Assembly: GCF_030013595.1 (NCBI RefSeq)
Contig: NZ_CP122770.1
Strand: one strand, 5' to 3'
From: Escherichia coli
Lineage (GTDB): Bacteria; Pseudomonadota; Gammaproteobacteria; Enterobacterales; Enterobacteriaceae
DNA length: 64,000 nucleotides
The position numbers and the translations under genes are program-made. Below the pieces are notes generated by a model. That model made no database searches, was not told the origin of the DNA, and worked only from the letters and a program-made list of their open reading frames with translations. This document shows positions 18,092-27,736 of this stretch, piece by piece; position 1 is the first letter of the stretch; every line of letters starts with the position of its first letter.

Positions 18092-18378
18092 ATGGCTTCC
18101 GGAACATCTTCAGTCTTCTGACTTACTGCCCGTACATGCCATCTCTCCTGAATGCCTTATGGCGCATTCTGCCGTCCGGCTTTCGCCGGTTTGCTCCACA
18201 GAGTGCCACTCTCTGCACAGCTAATAACAGCCGAAATATACCCGCTTTACGTTAATTTGAAAAGCATTACAACGATCTCTTCTCTTCCAGTGCCTCCTCA
18301 CTGATACCTCTAATAAGTTAATCTTGACCTACGTCAAAAAAATAAAATCTATTTTTAAAAGCAGATTTTTCTGCTTTA

Positions 18379-18527
18379 GATCTTTCTTTTGGATTAAAAG
18401 ATCGACTTTTGTCCTACTCACGATCATTTATCTTACAACCGATCTACCTAACAGAATAATATTCTGTTTTAATGCAATTAAACGATCTAAATAACCTTTA
18501 AAAAATCATTTTGTAGATCATTCGATC
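18379..18527. promoter_or_regulatory. Cluster of seven GATC (Dam) sites upstream of the rep promoter
   Basis: GATC at about 18379, 18400, 18422, 18441, 18484, 18517 and 18524 within 150 bp; near-palindrome AACAGAATAATATTCTGTT at 18451-18469. Confidence 0.3.
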
Positions 18528-18624
18528 GTAAATAGAATAATTCTTAGATGATAAAACCATTTGTTACACAACCCGCCAATTGTGTAACAACAGCCTCTAC
18601 AAGAGCATATTTGTTCATATGTTC

Positions 18625-18745
18625 GTCAGAACTGCGGATTGTCTGGACGAGGGTCAGACACCGTTTCGTGCATATGGACCAGCATGTTCGAACGCCACAA
18701 AGCAGAAGCATCATGCCTGGATCGCTTCGGCGCGGAGCGTTAAGT
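18625..18745 (+). repeat. Conserved leader element, copy A (hairpin plus GGCGCGGAGCGTT 3' motif)
   Basis: Roughly 120 nt alignable with the copies at 19690 and 39418; preceded by the palindrome TTGTTACACAA-N8-TTGTGTAACAA (18561-18590). Confidence 0.5.
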
Positions 18746-19081
18746 TTTGACGCTTTTTTGTATGTTTTTTAAGCTGTTAGTTGACTCGGTGCGTTATACT
18801 AAGTACCCTTTACTGGTCACAGGCAAAACTGTGATCGGGCGTAGGAACCCGCGTAGTCATCGTCGGCGCAGAAGTTAATTTCTTCATTTGGCGTCGTTTT
18901 TTGCCATACCATAAAGACAGGAACTTGTATTTCTTGTCGTCATCTATGGTAGCTCAGGCGGGGCAGGCATTAGCCTGGCCGGTTTCCGATGACGCCGGTA
19001 TTCCTACCCCCGTCTGGGCTATCACCAATGAGCGTAGGAACTCGGTGATAGCGTTTTTAGTTGTCATCGGAGACCTTTGCT

Positions 19082-19369
19082 ATGTCACCTCAACTGATAC
19101 AGAAACTCCCGGCCATCACTCTGTTGGAAGGCATGTTTCCCGAGCTATCAACAAACCAGCTTAAAGTCTGCGTTTTTTACGCAATGGGTGTTCCTTACGA
19201 CGCCATTGCTCAGAACTGTCGGCTTTCTCCCGAAACGGTACGAACCTACCTGAAGCGAAGCCTGAAGAATTTAAATCTGGAAGGATATGATGCACTTCGC
19301 TCTGCTGTGCTGATGCGAACTTTCGTTTTCATGATTAGCAATACAGCTAAAGAAAACGAAAAAATGTGA
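19082..19369 (+). CDS. traA: LuxR/GerE-type HTH transcriptional regulator (first of four genes in the traABCD position)
   Basis: 95-aa protein with C-terminal HTH pattern (..NQLKVCVFYAMGVPYDAIAQNCRLSPETVRTYLKRSLKNL..); GGAG RBS 9 nt upstream; name by synteny. Confidence 0.55.
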   Translation: MSPQLIQKLPAITLLEGMFPELSTNQLKVCVFYAMGVPYDAIAQNCRLSPETVRTYLKRSLKNLNLEGYDALRSAVLMRTFVFMISNTAKENEKM

Positions 19370-19689
19370 ACAGGTGTCCCCATTAAAGGGGACACTTTCA
19401 TGGAAATTGCATTTTGCACTTTACAGGCGATCCCAAATTGATAAACATAAACACCAAGCACAAGTTACTTTAATAAAGCAAATCACTTCAGACGGTGTCC
19501 CAGTTATTTGTATCTGGCTCATGCCCGATATATGGCGATCTTACTCTGAACTGACGTGCTGATGTTTTATTTCGCGTATCACAATACTGTGCCACTGTAT
19601 TGCTGATATTAGTGCTTAGCCGTTCTTTATCTGTGAGTTCGCCAAATCACCGATACAGAACGTACTAGAGTCTGCTGGTTATATGCCTG

Positions 19690-19806
19690 TCAGAACTGCA
19701 GTTTATCCAGATACGGGCTGGATACTGCTTCAGACATATGATTTAGCATATTCGCCTGACATCGCAAAATCGTCCATCATGGATCGGTTTTGCGCGGAGC
19801 GTTGAA
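19690..19806 (+). repeat. Conserved leader element, copy B, immediately upstream of the NusG-like gene
   Basis: Alignable with copies A and C; ends ..CATCATGGATCGGTTTTGCGCGGAGCGTTGAA directly before the GTG start at 19811. Confidence 0.5.
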
Positions 19807-19810
19807 CTTC

Positions 19811-20344
19811 GTGAATATAGAACACCTGAATAACCGGAACTGGTATCTTGCGCAATATAATACAGCCGGCAAAAACAGAGAATCTTTATTCTCATGGCTG
19901 AATGAGCAAAACGTCGTACCATGGACTCCATTAATAACAAGAAAGATAAGACGGGCAGACTCCAGGTGCTGTTACCGTGAAAGAATATTCGCTATTTTTC
20001 CAGGGTACTTTTTTATTCTGGCTAATTTTGACATTCAACCAGTATCGGCATTACGTCGCCATAGCGCCTTCATTGATTTCGTGAAGTTTGGCGGTGAAAT
20101 AAAACCCGTCAATAAAGATATTGTTGATGGATTAATGAAGATTTACCCGGACCCTGTGCTAAATCCGGGAGCCAAGGAAGAGCTGAATGCGGCTTCCAGC
20201 ATATGGCTGACAAAAGCACAATATCAGTATCTCCTCAGAATGGAAAATACTCTCCAGCCTGAGTCGAGGATATCCCTGCTCCTGGAACTGGTATCAAATG
20301 CCGAACATCACGGCTTTATGGAGCGCCTTGTAAACATCCCATAG
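19811..20344 (+). CDS. traB: NusG/RfaH-like transcription antitermination paralogue (TraB-like positive regulator)
   Basis: N-terminal NGN-like segment NWYLAQYNTAGKNRESLFSWLNEQNVVPWTPLI...RERIFAIFPGYFFILANFDI; start codon uncertain (GTG at 19811 or the TTG used by the ORF track at 19790). Confidence 0.6.
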   Translation: MNIEHLNNRNWYLAQYNTAGKNRESLFSWLNEQNVVPWTPLITRKIRRADSRCCYRERIFAIFPGYFFILANFDIQPVSALRRHSAFIDFVKFGGEIKPVNKDIVDGLMKIYPDPVLNPGAKEELNAASSIWLTKAQYQYLLRMENTLQPESRISLLLELVSNAEHHGFMERLVNIP

Positions 20345-20353
20345 CCAGTATTT

Positions 20354-20379
20354 CCCGGCCTTCGGGCCGGGCTTTTTTC
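20354..20379 (+). terminator. Rho-independent terminator after the NusG-like gene
   Basis: CCCGGCCttcgGGCCGGG stem-loop followed by CTTTTTT, 10 nt after the stop codon. Confidence 0.75.
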
Positions 20380-20597
20380 AATTCAAGAGAATATTCTGGA
20401 GTGAAGCCTGCACGGAGCCATCCCCACCATGGACTCCCCCTGTCTTTTGATGGAACCGTGTATTTCTTAATGGCGAAAGAAATAAAAGGCTTCACCCCAG
20501 AGTATTGATTCGTTTTATCAAAGGCCGGCCCGTGCCATCACGTGTGGCGGAGAGAACGGATACCGGTCTTCTTTTCATCTCACAGTAGGACATTCGC

Positions 20598-21281
20598 ATG
20601 ACCACGACAGAACATCCCGTGCGCCAGTTGCTCTGGTGTGCACTGAATGCCCTGAAAACGGCACAGGAAAACCACAATATAACCAGTGAAACCGGATTAC
20701 GGCATTACCTGCTTGAATGGCTTTCTGGTGCCAGCAGACATCCTGAGTTCCGTAGTCTCCCTGGCGAAATCATGGCGTTAAAAGCATTGACCGAAAAAGA
20801 TCGCAATATTCCCATCATCGGAACGCTGAATACGCTCTTTCTCAGCTCTGCCACTGTCGGGGAATGTCCGTTGTTTCGTTTTCGGGCTGCACTGGGTAAA
20901 TTACAGAAAGCAGGCTGGCGCACATATGTCTGCCCATGGCCTGAGAGGGTGTTCAATGAATCCATTGAACGGGCCTGTTCCGGGAAACGTCATCTGCTAC
21001 AACTAAGTCGCACCGAAGAGTGTTTTCTACCGACAGGCGATATGAGGGCACCAGTTACGTTGCAGCTGATCACTCCACTACACCGCAAAACTATGCAGCT
21101 TCTGGAAACGGCAGAGTTAATATTCTCCGACGAAGGATTTCAGGTGGTGAGAGGATACGAACATCAATTCGGGATCGAACGCAGAGAAACCCTCTTTCAC
21201 ACCCTATTTATCGGGCTGCCCAGCTTGCCAGAAGATGTCTGGGGTGCAACACAGGAGCAGACGACTATCACATTACACTGA
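20598..21281 (+). CDS. traC: TraC-like transfer regulator (hypothetical, 227 aa)
   Basis: ORF in the third position of the four-gene block between rep and pil; name by synteny only. Confidence 0.45.
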   Translation: MTTTEHPVRQLLWCALNALKTAQENHNITSETGLRHYLLEWLSGASRHPEFRSLPGEIMALKALTEKDRNIPIIGTLNTLFLSSATVGECPLFRFRAALGKLQKAGWRTYVCPWPERVFNESIERACSGKRHLLQLSRTEECFLPTGDMRAPVTLQLITPLHRKTMQLLETAELIFSDEGFQVVRGYEHQFGIERRETLFHTLFIGLPSLPEDVWGATQEQTTITLH

Positions 21282-21452
21282 GGATGTGTAATCCCCGGCA
21301 TACCCCGTTTCCAGTCTTCGCAGCCTGTACCGCCCTTCCTGCCGTTTCCGACATTCTTTCTGTCACTACTCGCTTGTGCCGTTTTTTCGCAACCGGTACG
21401 TGCAGTTATGACGGTACAGCTGCTTCTTTTCCCGTTCCGGAAGGAGTCTTTG

Positions 21453-21827
21453 ATGCCACAGCAACATCCCGGACGACTGCAAATACTGGTCGTCGACGCA
21501 CACTGCAAACGCAGGCTGTTTTCAACGAAAACACCGACAGACCCCGATGAACTTGCCCGACGTTTCTGCACGCCGGATAACTGTCTCGTGGTGGTACTAC
21601 GCGACAACCGCTTTCTGTTCCGACTGGAGCGTGCTCCCGGCAGCCACTGCCGCTGGCACAAGGGCAGCAGCTCCCGCCATCAGTATCTACAGGACTGGCT
21701 ATTTAAAAGTAAAAACAACTGCAAATCATTTGAAACTAACACCAATTTACTGGATAAAAATGGTAAGCCTGTGGAAATAATGGTGTGTGATGATCAGGAA
21801 CTGCATTTTTTTGTTCCAAAGAATTAA
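21453..21827 (+). CDS. TraD-position hypothetical protein (about 124 aa)
   Basis: ORF with internal ATG (MPQQHPGRLQILVVD) in the fourth position of the traABCD block; cysteine-rich C-terminal half. Confidence 0.35.
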   Translation: MPQQHPGRLQILVVDAHCKRRLFSTKTPTDPDELARRFCTPDNCLVVVLRDNRFLFRLERAPGSHCRWHKGSSSRHQYLQDWLFKSKNNCKSFETNTNLLDKNGKPVEIMVCDDQELHFFVPKN

Positions 21828-21876
21828 ACAGTTAATCCTCCTTAGTCTGTTATTTTAGTCGCCTGCCTCAGCCAAC

Positions 21877-22470
21877 ATGAAAAATAATAACGCGCCATTA
21901 TATCTCTGGTTGCTTTGGTGTACGCTTTGTCTGTACATCACTACCCCATGGCAATACTTACGTTATCCATACACTGACAACTTATCATTGCCTTATATGT
22001 TATATTTCTGTGTGGTGGTTGTGATTTGCATTTTCCCACTACTTTTCAGATGTGTACTTCTTATTGTAAGGTCTGCATCTAAATACGACTTCACATTCTT
22101 TGTGAAGAAGAAAAAGGGAAGCAAGAAATCAACTATACATCTTAGCCCCTATGCTGACACACGTTGCCCGAAGTCAATGAGGAAACACTGGGATGTATTG
22201 CTTTCTCTGATATCAAAAGCAATTAATAATGATGAAATCATTGTCATGCATTCACATCTCTTTACTCCAGCAAGAATAAATAAACTTATAAAGAGACTGG
22301 AATCTTATGATTTGAGTTTTTCAGTTATTACATACCCACGGAAAACAAGTCTGTACGAAAAATTATCAATTCCTTTTATATATCTCTTGTTTCAGTGGTC
22401 TTTCCCGCATTTGCATTCGGACGGAATGACAGTCGTCATTCGTCCTCTCCAGACCCACCACACCAATTAA
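21877..22470 (+). CDS. Hypothetical membrane protein encoded upstream of the pil operon (PilI/J/K region)
   Basis: 197-aa AT-rich ORF with two N-terminal hydrophobic helices, immediately upstream of the thin-pilus operon. Confidence 0.45.
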   Translation: MKNNNAPLYLWLLWCTLCLYITTPWQYLRYPYTDNLSLPYMLYFCVVVVICIFPLLFRCVLLIVRSASKYDFTFFVKKKKGSKKSTIHLSPYADTRCPKSMRKHWDVLLSLISKAINNDEIIVMHSHLFTPARINKLIKRLESYDLSFSVITYPRKTSLYEKLSIPFIYLLFQWSFPHLHSDGMTVVIRPLQTHHTN

Positions 22471-22610
22471 AAAATACATTTAGATATAAAAAGAATGCTC
22501 ATAAACAGGATTTTTATTTTCACAAAAAATCCCAAAACACTGGCTTAATTGGCTATCCACAACCTCACCTTTAAAATAACATGCAACATTAAAATTCAAA
22601 AGATAGAATA

Positions 22611-22802
22611 ATGAAAATACTAATCAACAATATTAAAGACCCAAGCAGACTTCTGAATGCGACTAAAACGGGACATTCAGGAGTAATTCTCTCAATACCG
22701 GTATACATTACCAATCCAATTGCACATAAAATAATGAACCCTTACTTAAAGTCCGCATTAACTAACAAACACGTATATACGAACACGGAGTCTCCGTTAT
22801 GA
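22611..22802 (+). CDS. Hypothetical small protein whose stop overlaps the pilL start
   Basis: 63-aa ORF ending at the pilL ATG (22799). Confidence 0.3.
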   Translation: MKILINNIKDPSRLLNATKTGHSGVILSIPVYITNPIAHKIMNPYLKSALTNKHVYTNTESPL

Positions 22803-23866
22803 AAAAAAACTATCTGACACTTATACTGCCGTCATTATTGTCCGGCTGTGCCGGAATTTCCGGCGGCAATAACGTGGCACCATCAGATACGCCTGCTCTG
22901 GTTTTTGTTGACGGACAAATCAGTGAGAGTGCTGGCGTCCTGGCACTTACGCAACAACGACTTTCTCCACCTAAAATAACTCCGCCCCCGAGAGTCAGCG
23001 TGCCAGAGACAGTAAAAACAGCACAGCCAGTAAGCGAATCCCGACCGTTACCTTCACCAACAATAAGTCAGAATTTCTCCCGGTTAATCATTACAGGCAA
23101 GCCTGGTAGCACCTCTGTAACACTATCGCCGACGGCCCGTAACCGGACCGTCAGTCAGTGGATAAAAACATTACTACCGGAAGGATGGAAATTCAGACAA
23201 GAGAATGCAGCCACGCCCAAACTGAATACCAAACTGGTTTCATGGTCTGCCAATGATCAGTGGACCCGTTCTCTGAACCGGTTGCTGGAAGAACAACACC
23301 TCTGGGGCCATCTGGACTGGGATAATAAAACGTTGACCGTCACAACATCGGCTGCTGCACCGGCACAGGACACGGCAACCACTATCTCGCCAGCAGCCAT
23401 GGTAACCACATCCACTTCCCCGGAGTCTTCAACGACAGCAAATAGCCAGAACAAACCACGAAACCCATTCAGGGGAAACAGCGTATCTCCGTCTACGCCC
23501 GCAGCAATCCCGACTCCGACCGGCTCTACAGTCAAGTCTATCCCACTCATGACCGGGACACCTGTCAAACCGGTATCTCAGGGTAAAGAGTGGCGTGCGC
23601 CGGCAGGCACTACATTAAGGGAAAACATTATTAAGTGGGCAGAAGAAACAAAATGCGAAAGCATGGCATCAACGCACTGGATGGTCATATGGCCACTTTC
23701 TGTAACCGATTACCGTCTTGATGCGCCTTTGATGTTCCGGGGATCATTTGAATCAGCCATGGAGCAGGTATTTGAGTTATATCGGACTGCGCAAAAACCT
23801 TTATACGCACAGGCTTCTCGCATGCAGTGCATCATTACAGTTTCTGATACAAGGGATGGTCGCTAA
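22799..23866 (+). CDS. pilL: PilL, thin-pilus lipoprotein
   Basis: 355-aa protein with lipoprotein signal (LLSGCAG); first large gene of a conserved pilL-pilV block. Confidence 0.85.
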   Translation: MKKNYLTLILPSLLSGCAGISGGNNVAPSDTPALVFVDGQISESAGVLALTQQRLSPPKITPPPRVSVPETVKTAQPVSESRPLPSPTISQNFSRLIITGKPGSTSVTLSPTARNRTVSQWIKTLLPEGWKFRQENAATPKLNTKLVSWSANDQWTRSLNRLLEEQHLWGHLDWDNKTLTVTTSAAAPAQDTATTISPAAMVTTSTSPESSTTANSQNKPRNPFRGNSVSPSTPAAIPTPTGSTVKSIPLMTGTPVKPVSQGKEWRAPAGTTLRENIIKWAEETKCESMASTHWMVIWPLSVTDYRLDAPLMFRGSFESAMEQVFELYRTAQKPLYAQASRMQCIITVSDTRDGR

Positions 23867-24303
23867 TGGGATGGCTGGTCATGGCCGTCGGCCTGACCAT
23901 TCTGATTATCACTGGTAGCTACCAGAATCAGAAGATGTCTGAAACCACAAACGCCCAGCAATATGCAAGTGCGTCTGTATGGGCAAGTCAGATACTAATG
24001 ATTGCTAATAGAATCAATGATATCAGATACGTATCAGGCCAGCAGGACGGAGTAATTTCCTCAGATAAACTGGCTCTCCCTGTCACTCCGGACTCCCGAA
24101 TTAAACATCAGTTACAACAGGGGCGTCTGTGGGTATGGATGCCTGAACAACCAGGACTTGTTGAAACTTTGCGTTCAAAAAGTCGTGGTTCTGCACTAAT
24201 AGGGATCTTCCAAAACGGGCAACTCACCTGGCTATCAGGAACTGCAACCGGTCTGACACCCCCGGCAGGCATTACTGCTGGTTCTGTCGTCTACGTTAAC
24301 TAA
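23866..24303 (+). CDS. pilM: PilM, thin-pilus biogenesis protein
   Basis: 145-aa ORF with N-terminal TM segment, coupled to pilL (overlapping start/stop). Confidence 0.8.
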   Translation: MGWLVMAVGLTILIITGSYQNQKMSETTNAQQYASASVWASQILMIANRINDIRYVSGQQDGVISSDKLALPVTPDSRIKHQLQQGRLWVWMPEQPGLVETLRSKSRGSALIGIFQNGQLTWLSGTATGLTPPAGITAGSVVYVN

Positions 24304-24316
24304 TCTGGATATATTC

Positions 24317-25999
24317 ATGAAAAAATCACACCAGCGTTCAATGAAGCTGGCGGTGCTCCCCTGCATGATCGCCGTCGCTCTTTCCATCTCCGGATGTACT
24401 TTCAGCGAAATCAACAAAATGCAGAAAAAAGCACAGGAAGACTCAGCACATGCACGGGAAAAGGTATCAGCCCTTTCGGCCCGTAAATCGCAGGCTCTTA
24501 CCTGGCTCGATAATCAATGGATAAACCCTGTTCCGGTCGCTCAGGTATCAAGAGAGAAAAAACAAACAGCTCCAGCCTGCTACATCACGCAGGCAAGAAA
24601 AGGAGAGATCACTCTGCAGGAACTGGGGCAACGTATTACTGCCGTATGCGGCATCCCTGTGATCATCACGCCTGACGCAGCCAATTCAACTCTTGAAGGA
24701 GGCGCTACCCGCCAGATGACAGGAACACTACCAGCACCAGATGAAAATGGACGTCTACCGTTAAGCAGCCTGGGCAGCACAACAATGACTACCTCCACTC
24801 AGCCATTAACGCTGAATAACCTCATGTGGCAGGGAGATATCAATGGTCTTCTGGATCTGATGGCCAGCCGGAGTGGTCTGTACTGGCGCATGGATAATGG
24901 TCGGATTGTATTCTATCTGACTGAAACCAGAACGTATCCACTTCATATGCTGAACACCAAAACCAGCAGCAGTTCCAGTGTCAGCTCTGGCTCAACAAGC
25001 ACAATGGGGGCAACAGGAGGCCAGGATAACTCAGCATCCGGTGATGCAACGTCCTCTCAGAGCACAACCGTTGGTCAGGAATACGATCTGTATGAAGATA
25101 TCCGGAAAACTATTGAAGCAATGCTGACACCAGAAAAAGGCCGTTACTGGTTATCTGCATCGAGCTCAACGCTGACAGTCACTGATACTCCAGCTGTCCA
25201 GGAAGCCGTCGCACGATATGTAGACGAACAAAACAGTATTATGAACCGCCAGGTAGCCCTGAACGTACAGGTTCTGAGCGTCAGCAATACCAGAAACGAA
25301 CAGTTCGGTCTGGACTGGAACCTTGTTTATAAATCGCTACATTCCGCCGGAGCAACGTTGAACAATGCAAGCGGAGATTTTACAGGCGCTACATCTGCAG
25401 GCGTATCAATTCTGGATACGGCAACAGGGAATGCCGCCAAATTCAGCGGTTCCAGCCTTCTGATTAAAGCACTGAGTGAACAAGGCGATGTCAGCGTTGT
25501 AACTTCACAAGAAAGCACTGTCACAAACCTGACGCCGGTACCTATCCAGATGGCAGATCAGACAGTTTACGTCGCCCAGTCAGCAACAACTACGACTACG
25601 GATGTAGGAGCAACAACAACATTAACACCGGGCATGATCACCACTGGATTCAATATGACCCTGCTGCCTTTAATTCAGAAAACAGGCAATCTCCAGTTGC
25701 AGATGAACTTTAATCTGTCTGATCCCCCAACTATCCGTAGCTTTACGTCAAAAGACGGAAACAGTTACATCGAAATGCCATATACCAAACTGCGTTCACT
25801 GAGCCAGAAGGTCAATCTGAAAGAAGGGCAATCACTTGTCGTTACTGGTTTCGATCAGAACAATACGACGACAAGTAAAGCCGGTACATTTACGCCAGCA
25901 AATCCATTATTTGGTGGTTCACAAACCGGGAAAAATGAACGCAGCACGCTTGTGATCATCATTACCCCGACTTTCCCGTCAGGAGGCAATAATGGCTGA
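24317..25999 (+). CDS. pilN: PilN, outer-membrane secretin lipoprotein of the type IV pilus
   Basis: 560-aa protein with lipoprotein signal (ISGCTF) and a secretin-like C-terminal domain. Confidence 0.85.
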   Translation: MKKSHQRSMKLAVLPCMIAVALSISGCTFSEINKMQKKAQEDSAHAREKVSALSARKSQALTWLDNQWINPVPVAQVSREKKQTAPACYITQARKGEITLQELGQRITAVCGIPVIITPDAANSTLEGGATRQMTGTLPAPDENGRLPLSSLGSTTMTTSTQPLTLNNLMWQGDINGLLDLMASRSGLYWRMDNGRIVFYLTETRTYPLHMLNTKTSSSSSVSSGSTSTMGATGGQDNSASGDATSSQSTTVGQEYDLYEDIRKTIEAMLTPEKGRYWLSASSSTLTVTDTPAVQEAVARYVDEQNSIMNRQVALNVQVLSVSNTRNEQFGLDWNLVYKSLHSAGATLNNASGDFTGATSAGVSILDTATGNAAKFSGSSLLIKALSEQGDVSVVTSQESTVTNLTPVPIQMADQTVYVAQSATTTTTDVGATTTLTPGMITTGFNMTLLPLIQKTGNLQLQMNFNLSDPPTIRSFTSKDGNSYIEMPYTKLRSLSQKVNLKEGQSLVVTGFDQNNTTTSKAGTFTPANPLFGGSQTGKNERSTLVIIITPTFPSGGNNG

Positions 26000-27287
26000 T
26001 GAAGATATCAACCCGGTAGTGCTTCTCGCAGATCCTAAAGTAAATCATCGCGTGTGGGCTGCCTGTCTTAAATGGACTCCTGTCGTAAAAAAACAGCGCG
26101 TCCCCTCACATCATAAACACAAGTCTCATGTAAAACCCAGACGGCTTACCTCCCTGAAAGTGACTGTAGGCAGCAGAAATTCCCGTGGAAAGATCAGCCG
26201 CCTTACCGGCACAGGAATACTGACCAGGCCAGAACGCAATCATTATTTTTCCCTGGCACTGGCTTTCTGCTCATGGGTCAGAAATGGATACGGTGTCTTC
26301 CGGTACAGCGATAAGGAGCTCTTATTCCTTGCTTCCATTAATGGCCAGCCTGCCGTTATGGCTGACTTATCAGGAAATGATGCCGATGTTGCCCAAAAGG
26401 TCAGCCTTTTTCTGGCGATGAACGAAGAGCCCCCCGAAAAATGGCAGGTTGTATCGTCTCTGGAACATCCTGATAACTGGGAAAGTATTATTACCCGGTT
26501 ATCATCAGCAGACCTCCGCCGTTGCAAACTTACTGTCGGCAATCGCAGCAAATTCACACTGCCTGCCGTACTGTTTTTAGTAGCAGCCGGCGCAGGCACA
26601 GTATTCTGGATGACTCAGCCAGAGCCTGATGTCGGACCGACCGCCGAGGAGATAGCTGCACGGGCAAGATTACAGTTTAAAAAGCCCGAACCACCACCGG
26701 AGCTCCCGCATCCATGGGCGTCACAACCTGTAATCAGTGATTTTCTGAAAGCCTGCGCGGACCTTCGAAAACCATCACCGGTCGCGCTAGAAGGCTGGAA
26801 ACTTACCGGTGGAACATGTACTCCCGAGACATTCACACTGATTTACGAACGACAGCCAGGAGGAACTATTGAAGGCTTTCTGGCAAGAAGCAAAGAAATC
26901 TTTAATGTTATTCCTGACTTTAACCTTAAAGATGGTGCACGCCTGGCTTCTGTAACCCGGCTACTGCCTTCCCTGCCCCGCAGGGATGAGGCAGTCCCTG
27001 CCCCCTCAGAACAACTGATGCGGGTGTTCACGTGGTTTCAGAAAAAACAGTTAACGCCGGCCATTAATGAAATAGCCATACCGGAACCATTACCAGGTAA
27101 CGATGGTGAACCAGCCCCTGTTCAGAAATGGAAAGAATATCAGTTCAGTTTATCAACGCCTGTAAATCCTGATGAGTTGTTCCCTTTATTTCAGGATACC
27201 GGCGTTCGTCTGAGCAATATCCATTTTGAATTAAACGGCGGTACTTTCAGTTATTCCTCAGAAGGTCATATTTATGCGTCCAGGTAA
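25992..27287 (+). CDS. pilO: PilO, thin-pilus biogenesis protein
   Basis: 431-aa ORF in conserved position, overlapping the pilN stop. Confidence 0.8.
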   Translation: MADEDINPVVLLADPKVNHRVWAACLKWTPVVKKQRVPSHHKHKSHVKPRRLTSLKVTVGSRNSRGKISRLTGTGILTRPERNHYFSLALAFCSWVRNGYGVFRYSDKELLFLASINGQPAVMADLSGNDADVAQKVSLFLAMNEEPPEKWQVVSSLEHPDNWESIITRLSSADLRRCKLTVGNRSKFTLPAVLFLVAAGAGTVFWMTQPEPDVGPTAEEIAARARLQFKKPEPPPELPHPWASQPVISDFLKACADLRKPSPVALEGWKLTGGTCTPETFTLIYERQPGGTIEGFLARSKEIFNVIPDFNLKDGARLASVTRLLPSLPRRDEAVPAPSEQLMRVFTWFQKKQLTPAINEIAIPEPLPGNDGEPAPVQKWKEYQFSLSTPVNPDELFPLFQDTGVRLSNIHFELNGGTFSYSSEGHIYASR

Positions 27288-27726
27288 ATCACTCATTATT
27301 CCATCCATATTTTTCTTCTCCGGTTTTTCATTTGCAACAACACAACCTCTTGTCACAATAGGAGAACTTGAAGCACAACAAAACCGGAATATTCTTTTAC
27401 AGGCAAAAGTTCAGGGCGCACAGCTACAGAAACAACTCGAAGAATCAGATGTTAATCTGTCATCTGAAACTGTTTCAGGTTTCTCTGGTATGACTGCCTC
27501 TTTGCCATCAGTTTCAGAGCAGCCGACATCTAAAAACAGAAAGGAATTGCCCGTTATTATGGAAATAAACGGCAAAGATAAACGTCTTCATGCCGTTCTT
27601 CGCATGGCTGATGGACGTCAGACAAGCGTCACCACTGGTAGCCAGCTTCCGGGTACATCCGTCACGGTGAAGTCGATCTCATTGTCTGGCGTCACGTTAA
27701 GTGATGGCACCACCCTTACTTTCTGA
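27274..27726 (+). CDS. pilP: PilP, thin-pilus biogenesis protein
   Basis: 150-aa ORF with signal peptide in conserved position. Confidence 0.8.
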   Translation: MRPGKSLIIPSIFFFSGFSFATTQPLVTIGELEAQQNRNILLQAKVQGAQLQKQLEESDVNLSSETVSGFSGMTASLPSVSEQPTSKNRKELPVIMEINGKDKRLHAVLRMADGRQTSVTTGSQLPGTSVTVKSISLSGVTLSDGTTLTF

Positions 27727-27736
27727 GTGATGTGAT

